Positions 23,692 to 32,000 of a stretch of 32,000 nt of DNA are shown here, piece by piece. The stretch is from an uncultured Candidatus Babeliaceae bacterium. GTDB lineage: Bacteria; Babelota; Babeliae; Babelales; Babelaceae. The DNA lies in the NCBI GenBank assembly GCA_963704655.1, contig OY969927.1, forward strand, positions 465,192 to 497,191. Direction: 5' to 3'. Made by a program: the position numbers and the translations under genes. Each line of letters starts with the position of its first letter. The first letter of the stretch is position 1. The notes under the pieces are model-generated. The model worked only from the letters and a program-made list of their open reading frames with translations. It did not search any database and was not told where the DNA came from.

Positions 23692-26214
23692 TTATAACTC
23701 TTTTAATTTACATAAAATTTCATATGCCTGCCGCGGCGAGACCGTATCCAAATCAAGTTCATCAAGCAACTGTAACTTTTTATTATACATAACACTTTGA
23801 TCACTTTGTGCAGCTATAAATGGCTTTTGCACAAAATGTGCTGGCGCATGTGCATATTGTGCAAGCAATACCCGCGCGCGCTCTATAACCGTTTTTGGCA
23901 AATGCGCTGCACGCGCAACTTGAATACCAAAACTTCCTTGTGCAACACCCGGCATAATTTTATGTAACAAAATAACCGTATCACCAACAGCTTTACTTGC
24001 TGCATGGTAACAAATAATACCCGGCATAGTTGCTGATAATGTTGTTAGCTCATGGTAATGCGTGGCAAACAAACAAAATGGTTTAATCTCTTGATGCAGA
24101 TATTCAACAATTGCTTGTGCAAGAGCAAGCCCATCATAGGTGCTTGTTCCACGACCAACTTCATCTAATATAACCAAACTATTTTCTGTCGCATCACGGC
24201 AAATAAGCGCCGTCTCTTCCATCTCAACTAAAAAGGTACTTTTACCTTCAGCAAGATGGTCACCTGCACCGATTCGCGTAAAAATGCGATCAAGCAACGG
24301 CAATGTTGCACATGCTGCAGGAACAAATGAACCCACTTGTGCCAAAATTTGTATAAGAGCCACTTGGCGCAAATAGGTAGATTTACCGCCCATATTAGGA
24401 CCCGTAATAATCCATGTCTTTTCACCAATACCCAACTGCGTATTATTGGGGACAAAAGAAATGGCCTGCGCCGAGCAGCGCATGCGCTTTTCAACAACCG
24501 GGTGCCTGCCATCAACAATTACCATCTGGTGCTTACCAGTAAATTCTGGGCGCACCCACTGATTATTCAACGCAACGTGCGCTAAACACGAAAATACATC
24601 AAGCTCTGCAAGCTCTTGTGCTAATATTCGCAATAAAGACAGGTACTGTTCAACATCACGAACTAACGCAGCAAAGAGTTGATTTTCAAGCTCTGTGCTA
24701 CTACTTTCTGCACGATTAATATCATATTCAAGGTCTTTGAGTTCTTGCGTCGTAAAACGATCTCTATTGGTTAAGCTCTGTATTTTAATATAAGAAGGAG
24801 GCAATGCCTGGCTTTGTGCTTTTGAAACTTCAATGGCATAACCCGCTGCTTGAGAGTACCGAATTTTAAGCGTATTAATACCACTTTTTTGTTGTTCTTG
24901 ACGTTCGAGTTCAAAGATTGCTTGCATCCCTTGTGTTGAAAGCAAGCGTAAACGATCAAGTTCAGAATGATACCCAGATGCAATTTTCCATTCGTGGTGC
25001 TGGTCAGTATTAATTGCACGGGTTAAGAGTGTATATAAACTGGTAAGTAATTGCATATCACATGAAATAAATTTCTGTAATGCAGGAATATCGACAATAC
25101 TTTCCATTAAAAAACGGTAATCGATAAACGTTGCACGGCGCAATGCCATGCGCCCAAGTATTCGTTCAAGGTCACCAATTTTTTTTAAATGGGTACGTAC
25201 TAAATTTCTATCAAAAGAATTTTTTACAAAAAATTCAACTCGATCTATCCGTTTTTCAATCGATGCTCTATCGACTAATGGTCGAATGAGCCACTTTTTC
25301 AAAAGACGTGAACCCATGCCCGTAATAGCTTCATCAAGTACTTCAAAAAGCGTATGCTTGCAAGATCCGTCATGCGCGTTACTTATGAGTTCTAAATTTT
25401 TTTGAGTTGCGGCATCAAGCTGTAAAAAATCCTGTGCTTGGTAAATCAGCAAACTTTTTTGCGCTTCAAATGAATGGGGCGCATTTTTTTTTATATACCC
25501 ACCAAGAAGTTGTAATACGTTTTTTGCAATAGGCGTAACAGAATTTTCTTCACCCGAAAAACGGCCCATAGTCTGCAACCATTGTTGAAGATCGTTGTAC
25601 ACAAGTTGCTCATTAGTGAGTGTTGTAATAAATGCCCGCTGCCTACAAAACTGCTCTAACTGTTTACCACTTGGACTTGGCTCTAAAAGAATTTCTTGGG
25701 GAATAAATGCTGCAAGTTCTGCGTCGATTTTTTTTTCATCATACTCAAACTGGGTAAGGTAAAGTGCGCCTGCTAACATCTCGTAAAAGACCATTGCGAC
25801 CGTGCCATCAACAACCACTAATGCGGCTATATAATGTGACGATTTACTATCAAGCAGTTTACTATCAACCAGTGTTCCGGGCGTAAAAACCTGCGTAACA
25901 CCCCGCTCAACTATTTTGCCCGGTTGTGGTGCTTCAAGCTGATCACAGATAACCACGCGAAAACCACCCTTTACCAGTTTTACTAAATAATGCTCAACCG
26001 TATGGCGCGGCACGCCGCATAGCGGAATCGGCTCATCGCCCATGGTTCCCCGTTGCGTAAGAACAATTCCCAAAAAAGCAGCAGCTTTACGTGCATCATC
26101 AAAGAAAAGTTCATAAAAATCCCCCACCTGAAAGAGAAGAAGGGCATCAGGAAACTGATTTTTAATATCAAAATACTGCCGCATCAGCGGAGTTAATACA
26201 ACGTCTTGGGCCAT
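23692..26214 (-). CDS. mutS: DNA mismatch repair protein MutS
   Basis: 840 aa with N-terminus TPLMRQYFDIKNQFPDALLLFQVGDFYELFFDDA. Walker A GPNMGGKST and the motif DEVGRGTSTYDG are present. Confidence 0.95.
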   Translation of the reverse strand: MAQDVVLTPLMRQYFDIKNQFPDALLLFQVGDFYELFFDDARKAAAFLGIVLTQRGTMGDEPIPLCGVPRHTVEHYLVKLVKGGFRVVICDQLEAPQPGKIVERGVTQVFTPGTLVDSKLLDSKSSHYIAALVVVDGTVAMVFYEMLAGALYLTQFEYDEKKIDAELAAFIPQEILLEPSPSGKQLEQFCRQRAFITTLTNEQLVYNDLQQWLQTMGRFSGEENSVTPIAKNVLQLLGGYIKKNAPHSFEAQKSLLIYQAQDFLQLDAATQKNLELISNAHDGSCKHTLFEVLDEAITGMGSRLLKKWLIRPLVDRASIEKRIDRVEFFVKNSFDRNLVRTHLKKIGDLERILGRMALRRATFIDYRFLMESIVDIPALQKFISCDMQLLTSLYTLLTRAINTDQHHEWKIASGYHSELDRLRLLSTQGMQAIFELERQEQQKSGINTLKIRYSQAAGYAIEVSKAQSQALPPSYIKIQSLTNRDRFTTQELKDLEYDINRAESSSTELENQLFAALVRDVEQYLSLLRILAQELAELDVFSCLAHVALNNQWVRPEFTGKHQMVIVDGRHPVVEKRMRCSAQAISFVPNNTQLGIGEKTWIITGPNMGGKSTYLRQVALIQILAQVGSFVPAACATLPLLDRIFTRIGAGDHLAEGKSTFLVEMEETALICRDATENSLVILDEVGRGTSTYDGLALAQAIVEYLHQEIKPFCLFATHYHELTTLSATMPGIICYHAASKAVGDTVILLHKIMPGVAQGSFGIQVARAAHLPKTVIERARVLLAQYAHAPAHFVQKPFIAAQSDQSVMYNKKLQLLDELDLDTVSPRQAYEILCKLKEL

Positions 26215-26227
26215 AATCTTTTCTTGC

Positions 26228-26295
26228 GTGTCACCTGGATTTAGTTCAGGGTCTTTTTGTTATTGTAAGAGATGCTGAACCACGTTCAGCATGAC
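26228..26295. repeat. two short palindromic repeat modules between mutS and the upstream gene
   Basis: gtgtcacctggatttagttcagggtc shares the GTGTCAYC terminus motif. gagatgctgaac-cac-gttcagcatgac is a perfect 9-bp hairpin. Confidence 0.5.
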
Positions 26296-26316
26296 ATACG
26301 ACAGTATACCGTAAAA

Positions 26317-27153
26317 CTAGATTATTGAATACGCAGGTAACGTGCGTAATTCGCGCACGTAATTCTTAAACGCTTCAAGCATTTGCTCATCAAAAATCTT
26401 ATTATGCGCTTCAGAAACCATAGATTCTGTGGTATCTGCTAATGCATCATAAATTTTTTGCAATGCGTGTTTTTGATAGATATAACGCGTTTCATACTCT
26501 TTTATAAAAACAATATGGCTCAAAACCACCCGGGCAGAATCTTTTATAAGGTCTACATCATGGTTCTTATAGGCAAACTCGAGAGATTCAATCTGCATAA
26601 TACATTCAAAAAACTCTTGAGTTATCTCAACTTTTTTGTTTTGAGCTTCTTCAGGTACACCTTGATACTGTTCTGCTAAAAACCATGACCGAGTAACGGG
26701 AACAGTGACCTTTGACGAGAAATAACTTTGAATATTCTTATAAACTGGCTGTAACGCTTGAAAGACCATAGATTGCAAAACCAGTGACCCGGTAAACTTC
26801 ACAAACCCACCAAACGTTGAGTTCGTCCACGTATTTTCATGTGTGGCATACTGTTCAATCGCTTTTTTTATCATCCCAGGTGATTGCTTAAATTCCTGTA
26901 CAAGCTCTTCAGACAAGTTAAAGGTAACCGCATGGTTATTTTGTGTATATAAACAGTAGCCGCAATATACAAGATATCCGCACAATGCCGCTGCACCAAC
27001 TTTTGCAGCAGTTTCATACATCTGCTGTTTTTTAACCTGCGCTTCTTTCATGCTCTGTGCTTGCGCAGAGATTGCTGCATGATCAACAGCATCATGAGTT
27101 TGCAAACAGCCAAGTGATAAAAGTACTAAACCCAAGAATATTTTATAATTCAT
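26317..27153 (-). CDS. hypothetical secreted/membrane protein
   Basis: 278-aa ORF with signal MNYKIFLGLVLLSLGCLQTHDA plus one internal hydrophobic helix. Confidence 0.55.
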   Translation of the reverse strand: MNYKIFLGLVLLSLGCLQTHDAVDHAAISAQAQSMKEAQVKKQQMYETAAKVGAAALCGYLVYCGYCLYTQNNHAVTFNLSEELVQEFKQSPGMIKKAIEQYATHENTWTNSTFGGFVKFTGSLVLQSMVFQALQPVYKNIQSYFSSKVTVPVTRSWFLAEQYQGVPEEAQNKKVEITQEFFECIMQIESLEFAYKNHDVDLIKDSARVVLSHIVFIKEYETRYIYQKHALQKIYDALADTTESMVSEAHNKIFDEQMLEAFKNYVRELRTLPAYSII

Positions 27154-27169
27154 ATTTGCTCCAAAAAAA

Positions 27170-27226
27170 GTGTCATCTCGGACAGGATCCGGGATCTTAT
27201 GCGTTAATAAAGAGACCCTGAGACAC
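27170..27226. repeat. degenerate palindromic repeat module(s)
   Basis: gtgtcatctcggacaggatccgggatc ... gagaccctgagacac. It has GTGTC/GACAC inverted ends and a GC-rich patch in AT-rich spacer DNA. Confidence 0.35.
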
Positions 27227-27243
27227 GCTCGTTCATAATTTTT

Positions 27244-29811
27244 TTAATTCAGTAAAGGCTTAACAAGCAGTGGCTTAAGATACGCGCCCGTATAACTCTC
27301 TTTACATGCAGCAACTTCAGCCGGGGTTCCATACGCAACAATGGTTCCACCCTTGTCACCACCCTCTGGGCCAAGATCAATAATATAATCTGAAACTTTT
27401 AAAACATCTAAATTATGTTCAATAACAATAAGTGAGTTACCTTTTTCTAATAAACGCTCAAATACGCCAAGTAGACGCTTAATATCATGCGCATGCAACC
27501 CCGTTGTCGGCTCATCAAGAATATATAATGTCTTTGAACCGCGCTTTGCTAGCTCATCAACAAGTTTAATGCGCTGCGCTTCACCACCAGATAATGTCGT
27601 TGAAGATTGCCCAAGCGCAAGATAATCTAACCCAACATCACACATAAGTTTAATACGTTTTGCAATACTGGTATGCGCAGCAAAAAAATCAAGCGCTTCT
27701 ATGGCCGTCATATCCAAAATATCGGCAATCGATTTGCCCTTATACAGTATCTCAAGAACAGATTTAGTATACCGTTTGCCTTTGCAACGGGTACATTCCA
27801 TCACCACATCGGGCAAAAAGTGCATAGAAACGGTTATGGTACCTTCGCCAGAACACTCAGCACAACGGCCAGCGCCCACATTAAAACTAAAGTGACCCAT
27901 GGTGTACCCACGCGCATTACTTTCTGGCATGCTCGCATATAATTTTCTAATATCATCAAATATACCAAGATAGGTTGCCGGATTTGACCGCGATGTGCGC
28001 CCTATCGGTTTTTGATCGATAACAATTAAATTTTCTAATTGATTGACACCCTCTATTTTATCAACTTCAAAAGAAGGGCGCTTATTGCGTGATAACGTTT
28101 TTTGTAATGCGGGAACCAGTTCGTCCATAATTAAACTCGATTTACCTGAACCCGAAACGCCAGAAATTCCGCATAAAACCCCTAAAGGAAATGCAACAGA
28201 TACATTTTTTAAATTATGCATAGTGGCATCATGCAATGTGATAAACCCGGTCGGCTTACGTAATGGCACAATACGCTCGATCGTTTCTCTTCCAGAAAGA
28301 TAGGCACCACTCAGTGATTTTTTATTTTTTATGATTTCTGCAGGCGTACCAACTGCAACAACTTCGCCACCAAACTTTCCTGCAGATGGGCCCATATCGA
28401 TAATATAATCTGCCGCCTTCATAGTATCGCTGTCATGTTCAACAACAACAACGGTGTTGCCTTGGTCACGTAATTTAAGCAGCATATGAATAAGTTTGTC
28501 ATTATCCCGTTGATGTAAACCGATGCTCGGCTCATCCAAGACATAGACCACGCCACTAAGTGCTGAACCGATTTGCGTTGCTAACCGGATTCGCTGCCCT
28601 TCACCGCCAGAAAGTGTTCGTGCCGTTCTATTAAGCGTTAAATAACTTAAACCAACATCAAATAAAAATTGATAACGCTGCACAATTTCATGTAACAAGC
28701 GTTTTGAAACGTTAACCTGAAATTCAGAAAGCTTTACGGTATTAAAAAAATGTAATGCATCAACAACAGAAAGTTCACCTACTTGAAAGATATTTTTGCC
28801 ACCAATAGTCACGGCTAATGCCAATTGATTTAAACGTTCACCTTTACAGGCTGAACACGTAATCTCCTGGTACACACCCATTTTATCGGCAAACTCCAAA
28901 CCTGCCATAGTTGAATTTTTAGCGTTCCAGGGGACAATAATCTCTGCACCCAAACCATGGCATTTTTTACAAGCACCGATAGGTGAATTAAAAGAAAAAA
29001 GACGTGGCTCAAGTTCAGGAATAGAGCTATTACAGGGCACACACATACGTGAAGAAGAGTAAGTAAACGTATTTTCACCAACAATAATCTTTACCTGGCC
29101 GGCAGTAAGTGAAAATGCTTTCTCTAAACTTTCTTGAATACGGTTAGTCTCGTCTAGCGAGACTTCTAGAGTATCAAGAGCAATATCTATCGTATGCTTA
29201 AAGGTTTTTTTAAGATTCAAAAGTTGAATTTCGTCTATAGAACGAAAGTTTACGCGCTCACCATCGATAATAAAGCGATAAAAGCCCTCTTTAAAATATT
29301 TTTCTAGTTCCGCTACAAAGCTGCCCTTTTTTTCATTAACAAGCGGCGCAACAATACTTACGGTTAATCCGGCAAACTCGCGCACAAGTCGTTCGGCAAT
29401 CTGGTCCGCAGACGCGGCCTGAATCGGGTTATAACAACTTGGGCAATGAATTTCGCCAATACGCGCAAAAAGAACCCGCAAATAATCATAGAGTTCAGTG
29501 ATGGTGCCAACGGTAGAACGTGGGTTTGCGCCGACTGTTTTTTGCTCGATAGCAATAGCAGGGCAGAGCCCTTCTATAGAATCAACATCGGGTTTTTTTG
29601 GCATACCCAAAAATTGCCGCGCATACGAAGAGAGAGATTCCATATAGCGACGCTGCCCTTCTGCATACAGGACATCCAAAGCCAGAGTGGACTTACCTGA
29701 GCCCGAAGGACCGGTAACCACGGTTAGTGACTCTTTTGGAATCTCTACGGTAATATTTTTTAAATTATGCTCGCGTGCACCGATGATCTTTATAGAACGA
29801 ACTGCTTTCAT
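27244..29811 (-). CDS. uvrA: excinuclease ABC subunit A, short form lacking the insertion domain
   Basis: 855 aa with two ABC modules (GPSGSGKST; GVSGSGKSS; LSGGEGQR / LSGGEAQR). Zinc-module CxxC pairs lie at residues 123, 257, 281 and 319. Only 34 aa separate CKKC and CSAC. Confidence 0.9.
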   Translation of the reverse strand: MKAVRSIKIIGAREHNLKNITVEIPKESLTVVTGPSGSGKSTLALDVLYAEGQRRYMESLSSYARQFLGMPKKPDVDSIEGLCPAIAIEQKTVGANPRSTVGTITELYDYLRVLFARIGEIHCPSCYNPIQAASADQIAERLVREFAGLTVSIVAPLVNEKKGSFVAELEKYFKEGFYRFIIDGERVNFRSIDEIQLLNLKKTFKHTIDIALDTLEVSLDETNRIQESLEKAFSLTAGQVKIIVGENTFTYSSSRMCVPCNSSIPELEPRLFSFNSPIGACKKCHGLGAEIIVPWNAKNSTMAGLEFADKMGVYQEITCSACKGERLNQLALAVTIGGKNIFQVGELSVVDALHFFNTVKLSEFQVNVSKRLLHEIVQRYQFLFDVGLSYLTLNRTARTLSGGEGQRIRLATQIGSALSGVVYVLDEPSIGLHQRDNDKLIHMLLKLRDQGNTVVVVEHDSDTMKAADYIIDMGPSAGKFGGEVVAVGTPAEIIKNKKSLSGAYLSGRETIERIVPLRKPTGFITLHDATMHNLKNVSVAFPLGVLCGISGVSGSGKSSLIMDELVPALQKTLSRNKRPSFEVDKIEGVNQLENLIVIDQKPIGRTSRSNPATYLGIFDDIRKLYASMPESNARGYTMGHFSFNVGAGRCAECSGEGTITVSMHFLPDVVMECTRCKGKRYTKSVLEILYKGKSIADILDMTAIEALDFFAAHTSIAKRIKLMCDVGLDYLALGQSSTTLSGGEAQRIKLVDELAKRGSKTLYILDEPTTGLHAHDIKRLLGVFERLLEKGNSLIVIEHNLDVLKVSDYIIDLGPEGGDKGGTIVAYGTPAEVAACKESYTGAYLKPLLVKPLLN

Positions 29812-29963
29812 GTCGGCTCCCTATGATTTAGTATTTGTATATTTTAGCACAAATTCGCCTACTCGTCGACCCACGGGCAGTCCAAAGGCATTAAAAATTG
29901 ACAGTTTTAATTATAAATTTAGAATTAAAAGTATAATCTATAATTAAAAGCTCAAGGTTTACC

Positions 29964-30779
29964 ATGAAAAAAACTCTATTTTTAGCACTATGCTCAGCGA
30001 TGAGCGTCACATTAGTTCGCGCCGAAACCACAACACCTCAAAGCGCACCAAAGTTCTTTATGCCTGCAAAACCGGTACAAACACCTAAAATTCCAACTAT
30101 CACAGCCGGCTGGCTTGATATCACTGACACAATTACCGAGTTTGAAAAAATACTTGTGCCTCTTACGCAGCTTGTAGAAGACCCTACTATCGATATAATT
30201 ATTATCCGCATAAATTCAACAGGCGGTTCACCAGCAGATTCTCAAATTATTGCCGATAATATTCAATCTGCAAAAGCGTTCAAGCCAATTATCGCATTTA
30301 TCTCCAGAATCGGAGCATCCGGAGCTTACTGGATTGCATCAGCTTGCAGCTATATTATCTGCCCAGCAGCTGCAGAAGTTGGAAGCATTGGCGCAGCATC
30401 TCAATATGTTTTTGATAAAGATAAACAATATTACTATATAGCATCTGGGATATTTAAGGGCCCAACTATTAACCAGCATTATGAAATTGACCCTCAATTT
30501 TTAGAACAACAAAAAAAGACGGGAATGGAATTAGCTCAGATTTTTGCTCAGAACATCAGCACATACCGCGGCATTCCGACTGAGACGATTTTATCATGGC
30601 AAGCGGCATTATTCACTGGTGCAACGGCCTTTAAGCTTGGCCTAGTCGATCAACTTGGCACCATGCAGGACCTTCTTGAAAAAACAGTTCAACTTGCAAG
30701 TGAAAAAAACAACACCGAATATCAGCAACTCAAGCTTGTTAATACCGAAAATACAGTAATTAAAACATACCAAATTTAA
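29964..30779 (+). CDS. sppA: signal peptide peptidase SppA (S49 family, 36K type)
   Basis: Signal peptide, then INSTGGSPADSQ...IAFISRIGASGAYWIASACSYIICPAAAEVGSIG, typical of S49 peptidases. Confidence 0.8.
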   Translation: MKKTLFLALCSAMSVTLVRAETTTPQSAPKFFMPAKPVQTPKIPTITAGWLDITDTITEFEKILVPLTQLVEDPTIDIIIIRINSTGGSPADSQIIADNIQSAKAFKPIIAFISRIGASGAYWIASACSYIICPAAAEVGSIGAASQYVFDKDKQYYYIASGIFKGPTINQHYEIDPQFLEQQKKTGMELAQIFAQNISTYRGIPTETILSWQAALFTGATAFKLGLVDQLGTMQDLLEKTVQLASEKNNTEYQQLKLVNTENTVIKTYQI

Positions 30780-30785
30780 ATAATT

Positions 30786-30813
30786 AAAAGGGCCCGGATT
30801 TCGGGCCCCTTTT
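30786..30813. terminator. bidirectional intrinsic terminator between convergent genes
   Basis: aaaa-gggcccg-gattt-cgggccc-ctttt. Confidence 0.7.
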
Positions 30814-31165
30814 AATTAGAATCTTGATTTTTTTTCAACCCAGCTTCTCTCTTTTTCTTTTCTAAATTTCTTTGAAATATAAGAAGTGCACTATTTAAAT
30901 TAAATTCATCAAATTGTTTAATGGTCATATAACCCCGTTCTCTTGGGGTATACTTTGAGGCGAAAGCATCAACAAATGCTTCTATAAGTTGATTTCCATA
31001 CGAAGGGCGTCTTCTTAAAATATAATTTATTGTTTCCGTTCTAAAAGTCGAATTATTTGCATGCGTAGATACATGAGCATTTTGAATATCAACTTGCTTA
31101 GGACAGAACAAATCTGTTGATACACATGCAGCTGTCACTAAAAAAAATAGTTTTTTGTAATTCAT
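30812..31165 (-). CDS. hypothetical small secreted protein (paralog A)
   Basis: 117 aa with signal MNYKKLFFLVTAACVSTDLFC. The 5' end and upstream region are duplicated at 31471-31558. Confidence 0.6.
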   Translation of the reverse strand: MNYKKLFFLVTAACVSTDLFCPKQVDIQNAHVSTHANNSTFRTETINYILRRRPSYGNQLIEAFVDAFASKYTPRERGYMTIKQFDEFNLNSALLIFQRNLEKKKREAGLKKNQDSN

Positions 31166-31207
31166 ACAATACCTTTTACCGTAATAGTTAAAATTTTTGA
31201 ATCATAT
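31121..31207. repeat. ~87-bp duplicated block (5' coding end plus upstream region), copy 1
   Basis: Near-identical to 31471-31558 (gcagctg.cac.aaaaaaaatagttttttgtaattcatacaata.ccttttaccgtaatagttaaaa..tttgaatcata). Confidence 0.8.
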
Positions 31208-31227
31208 TATAAAGGGCTCGGAATTAT

Positions 31228-31515
31228 TTAAAGATTATCAATTATAGAGGATCCAAGACAATTCCGACATTCACCCATTAAATCGGCCTTTTGCATTTTA
31301 CAAAAACTAACATATCTTTCTTTTTGCCCGCGTGCAAAGCTATCAACCACAATAGCAGCCTGATCAATATTAAGAGGTATATTTCTTGCCAACCATCTAA
31401 TAGCTTTAGCTCTATTAACACTATCAACTGTAGGTGCAGCCGTATCTTCGACGCACAACACATGGGTTGTTATACACGCAGCTGCCACCAAAAAAAATAG
31501 TTTTTTGTAATTCAT
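31228..31515 (-). CDS. hypothetical small secreted protein (paralog B)
   Basis: 95 aa with signal MNYKKLFFLVAAACITTHVLC. Confidence 0.6.
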   Translation of the reverse strand: MNYKKLFFLVAAACITTHVLCVEDTAAPTVDSVNRAKAIRWLARNIPLNIDQAAIVVDSFARGQKERYVSFCKMQKADLMGECRNCLGSSIIDNL

Positions 31516-31558
31516 ACAATAACCTTTTACCGTAATAGTTAAAAAATTTGAATCATAG
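31471..31558. repeat. ~87-bp duplicated block, copy 2
   Basis: See 31121-31207. Confidence 0.8.
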
Positions 31559-31681
31559 TATTAATAAAATTAAGTATACATAACGCAATAAAATAGTACA
31601 TTTAAAGCTCCTATTGCTCTTATGCAATTTTACTACTATAGTAAAATTTACAGAAAATAGTATGTAAAAAAAAGGGCTACG

Positions 31682-32000
31682 ATGAAAAACTATCTAATTA
31701 TTTTGATATGCTTACTATACAGCGTGTATGTAACCGCTGATGTGCAACTACTCAGAAGCGACTACCAAAGACCTGAAGCAATTAATATCGGTTATCTTTC
31801 ACTTACCGATACCATTACCGATTTTAATGAGACGGTTAAAAAGCTTAAAACTCTTGCCGAAGACCCAACAATTGATATCATCGTTTTAAATATCAACTCC
31901 CCAGGGGGGTCGCCAGGAAGCAGCCAAATTATTTCCGATTTTATTACCTGGGTAAAACAGATAAAACCGGTCATAGCCTTTATCTCTGATTACGGCACTT
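31682..32000 (+). CDS. second SppA-like S49 peptidase, N-terminal part (continues past the window end)
   Basis: My translation is MKNYLIILICLLYSVYVTADVQ...IGYLSLTDTITDFNETVKKLKTLAEDPTIDIIVLNINSPGGSPGSSQIISDFITWVKQIKPVIAFISDYGT. It is collinear with SppA at 29964-30779. It is absent from the ORF track because no stop lies in the window. Confidence 0.8.
   Translation, partial: MKNYLIILICLLYSVYVTADVQLLRSDYQRPEAINIGYLSLTDTITDFNETVKKLKTLAEDPTIDIIVLNINSPGGSPGSSQIISDFITWVKQIKPVIAFISDYGT

Overview
This is an AT-rich bacterial chromosomal window. Housekeeping genes (gyrA 5' part, lepA, grpE, ssb, pgsA, mnmA, argS, lnt, mutS, uvrA, sppA) are interleaved with many small ORFan genes encoding signal-peptide or membrane proteins. 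That mix suggests a host-associated diderm, possibly Dependentiae/TM6-like, but this is inference only. No rRNA, tRNA or CRISPR array was recognised.

The main unexplained signal is a family of GC-rich palindromic repeat modules sitting in otherwise AT-rich intergenic DNA. The shared cores are CCTTCGAY...CTCAGGRTG and the outer ends are GTGTCAYC. Three times these modules form inverted-repeat arms around a single small intact GIY-YIG (COG2827/UPF0213-type) nuclease ORF, at about 9288-9793, 17148-17857 and 22981-23640. ORF-less copies occur in other intergenic gaps.

The copy next to grpE is bracketed by two copies of the last 14 grpE codons plus stop. These copies differ at 5 positions, all synonymous. 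Four repeat units keep conserved flanks while their central hairpin stems differ with compensatory changes. Together this looks like a minimal, uncharacterised GIY-YIG-associated mobile or REP-like element system.

Other notable items:
- a tandem trio of secreted proteins built from a duplicated 4-Cys module
- a three-gene secreted-protein operon
- a UvrA that lacks the insertion domain
- a promoter plus long stem-loop plus U-tract upstream of argS
- a duplicated sppA/small-secreted-protein segment
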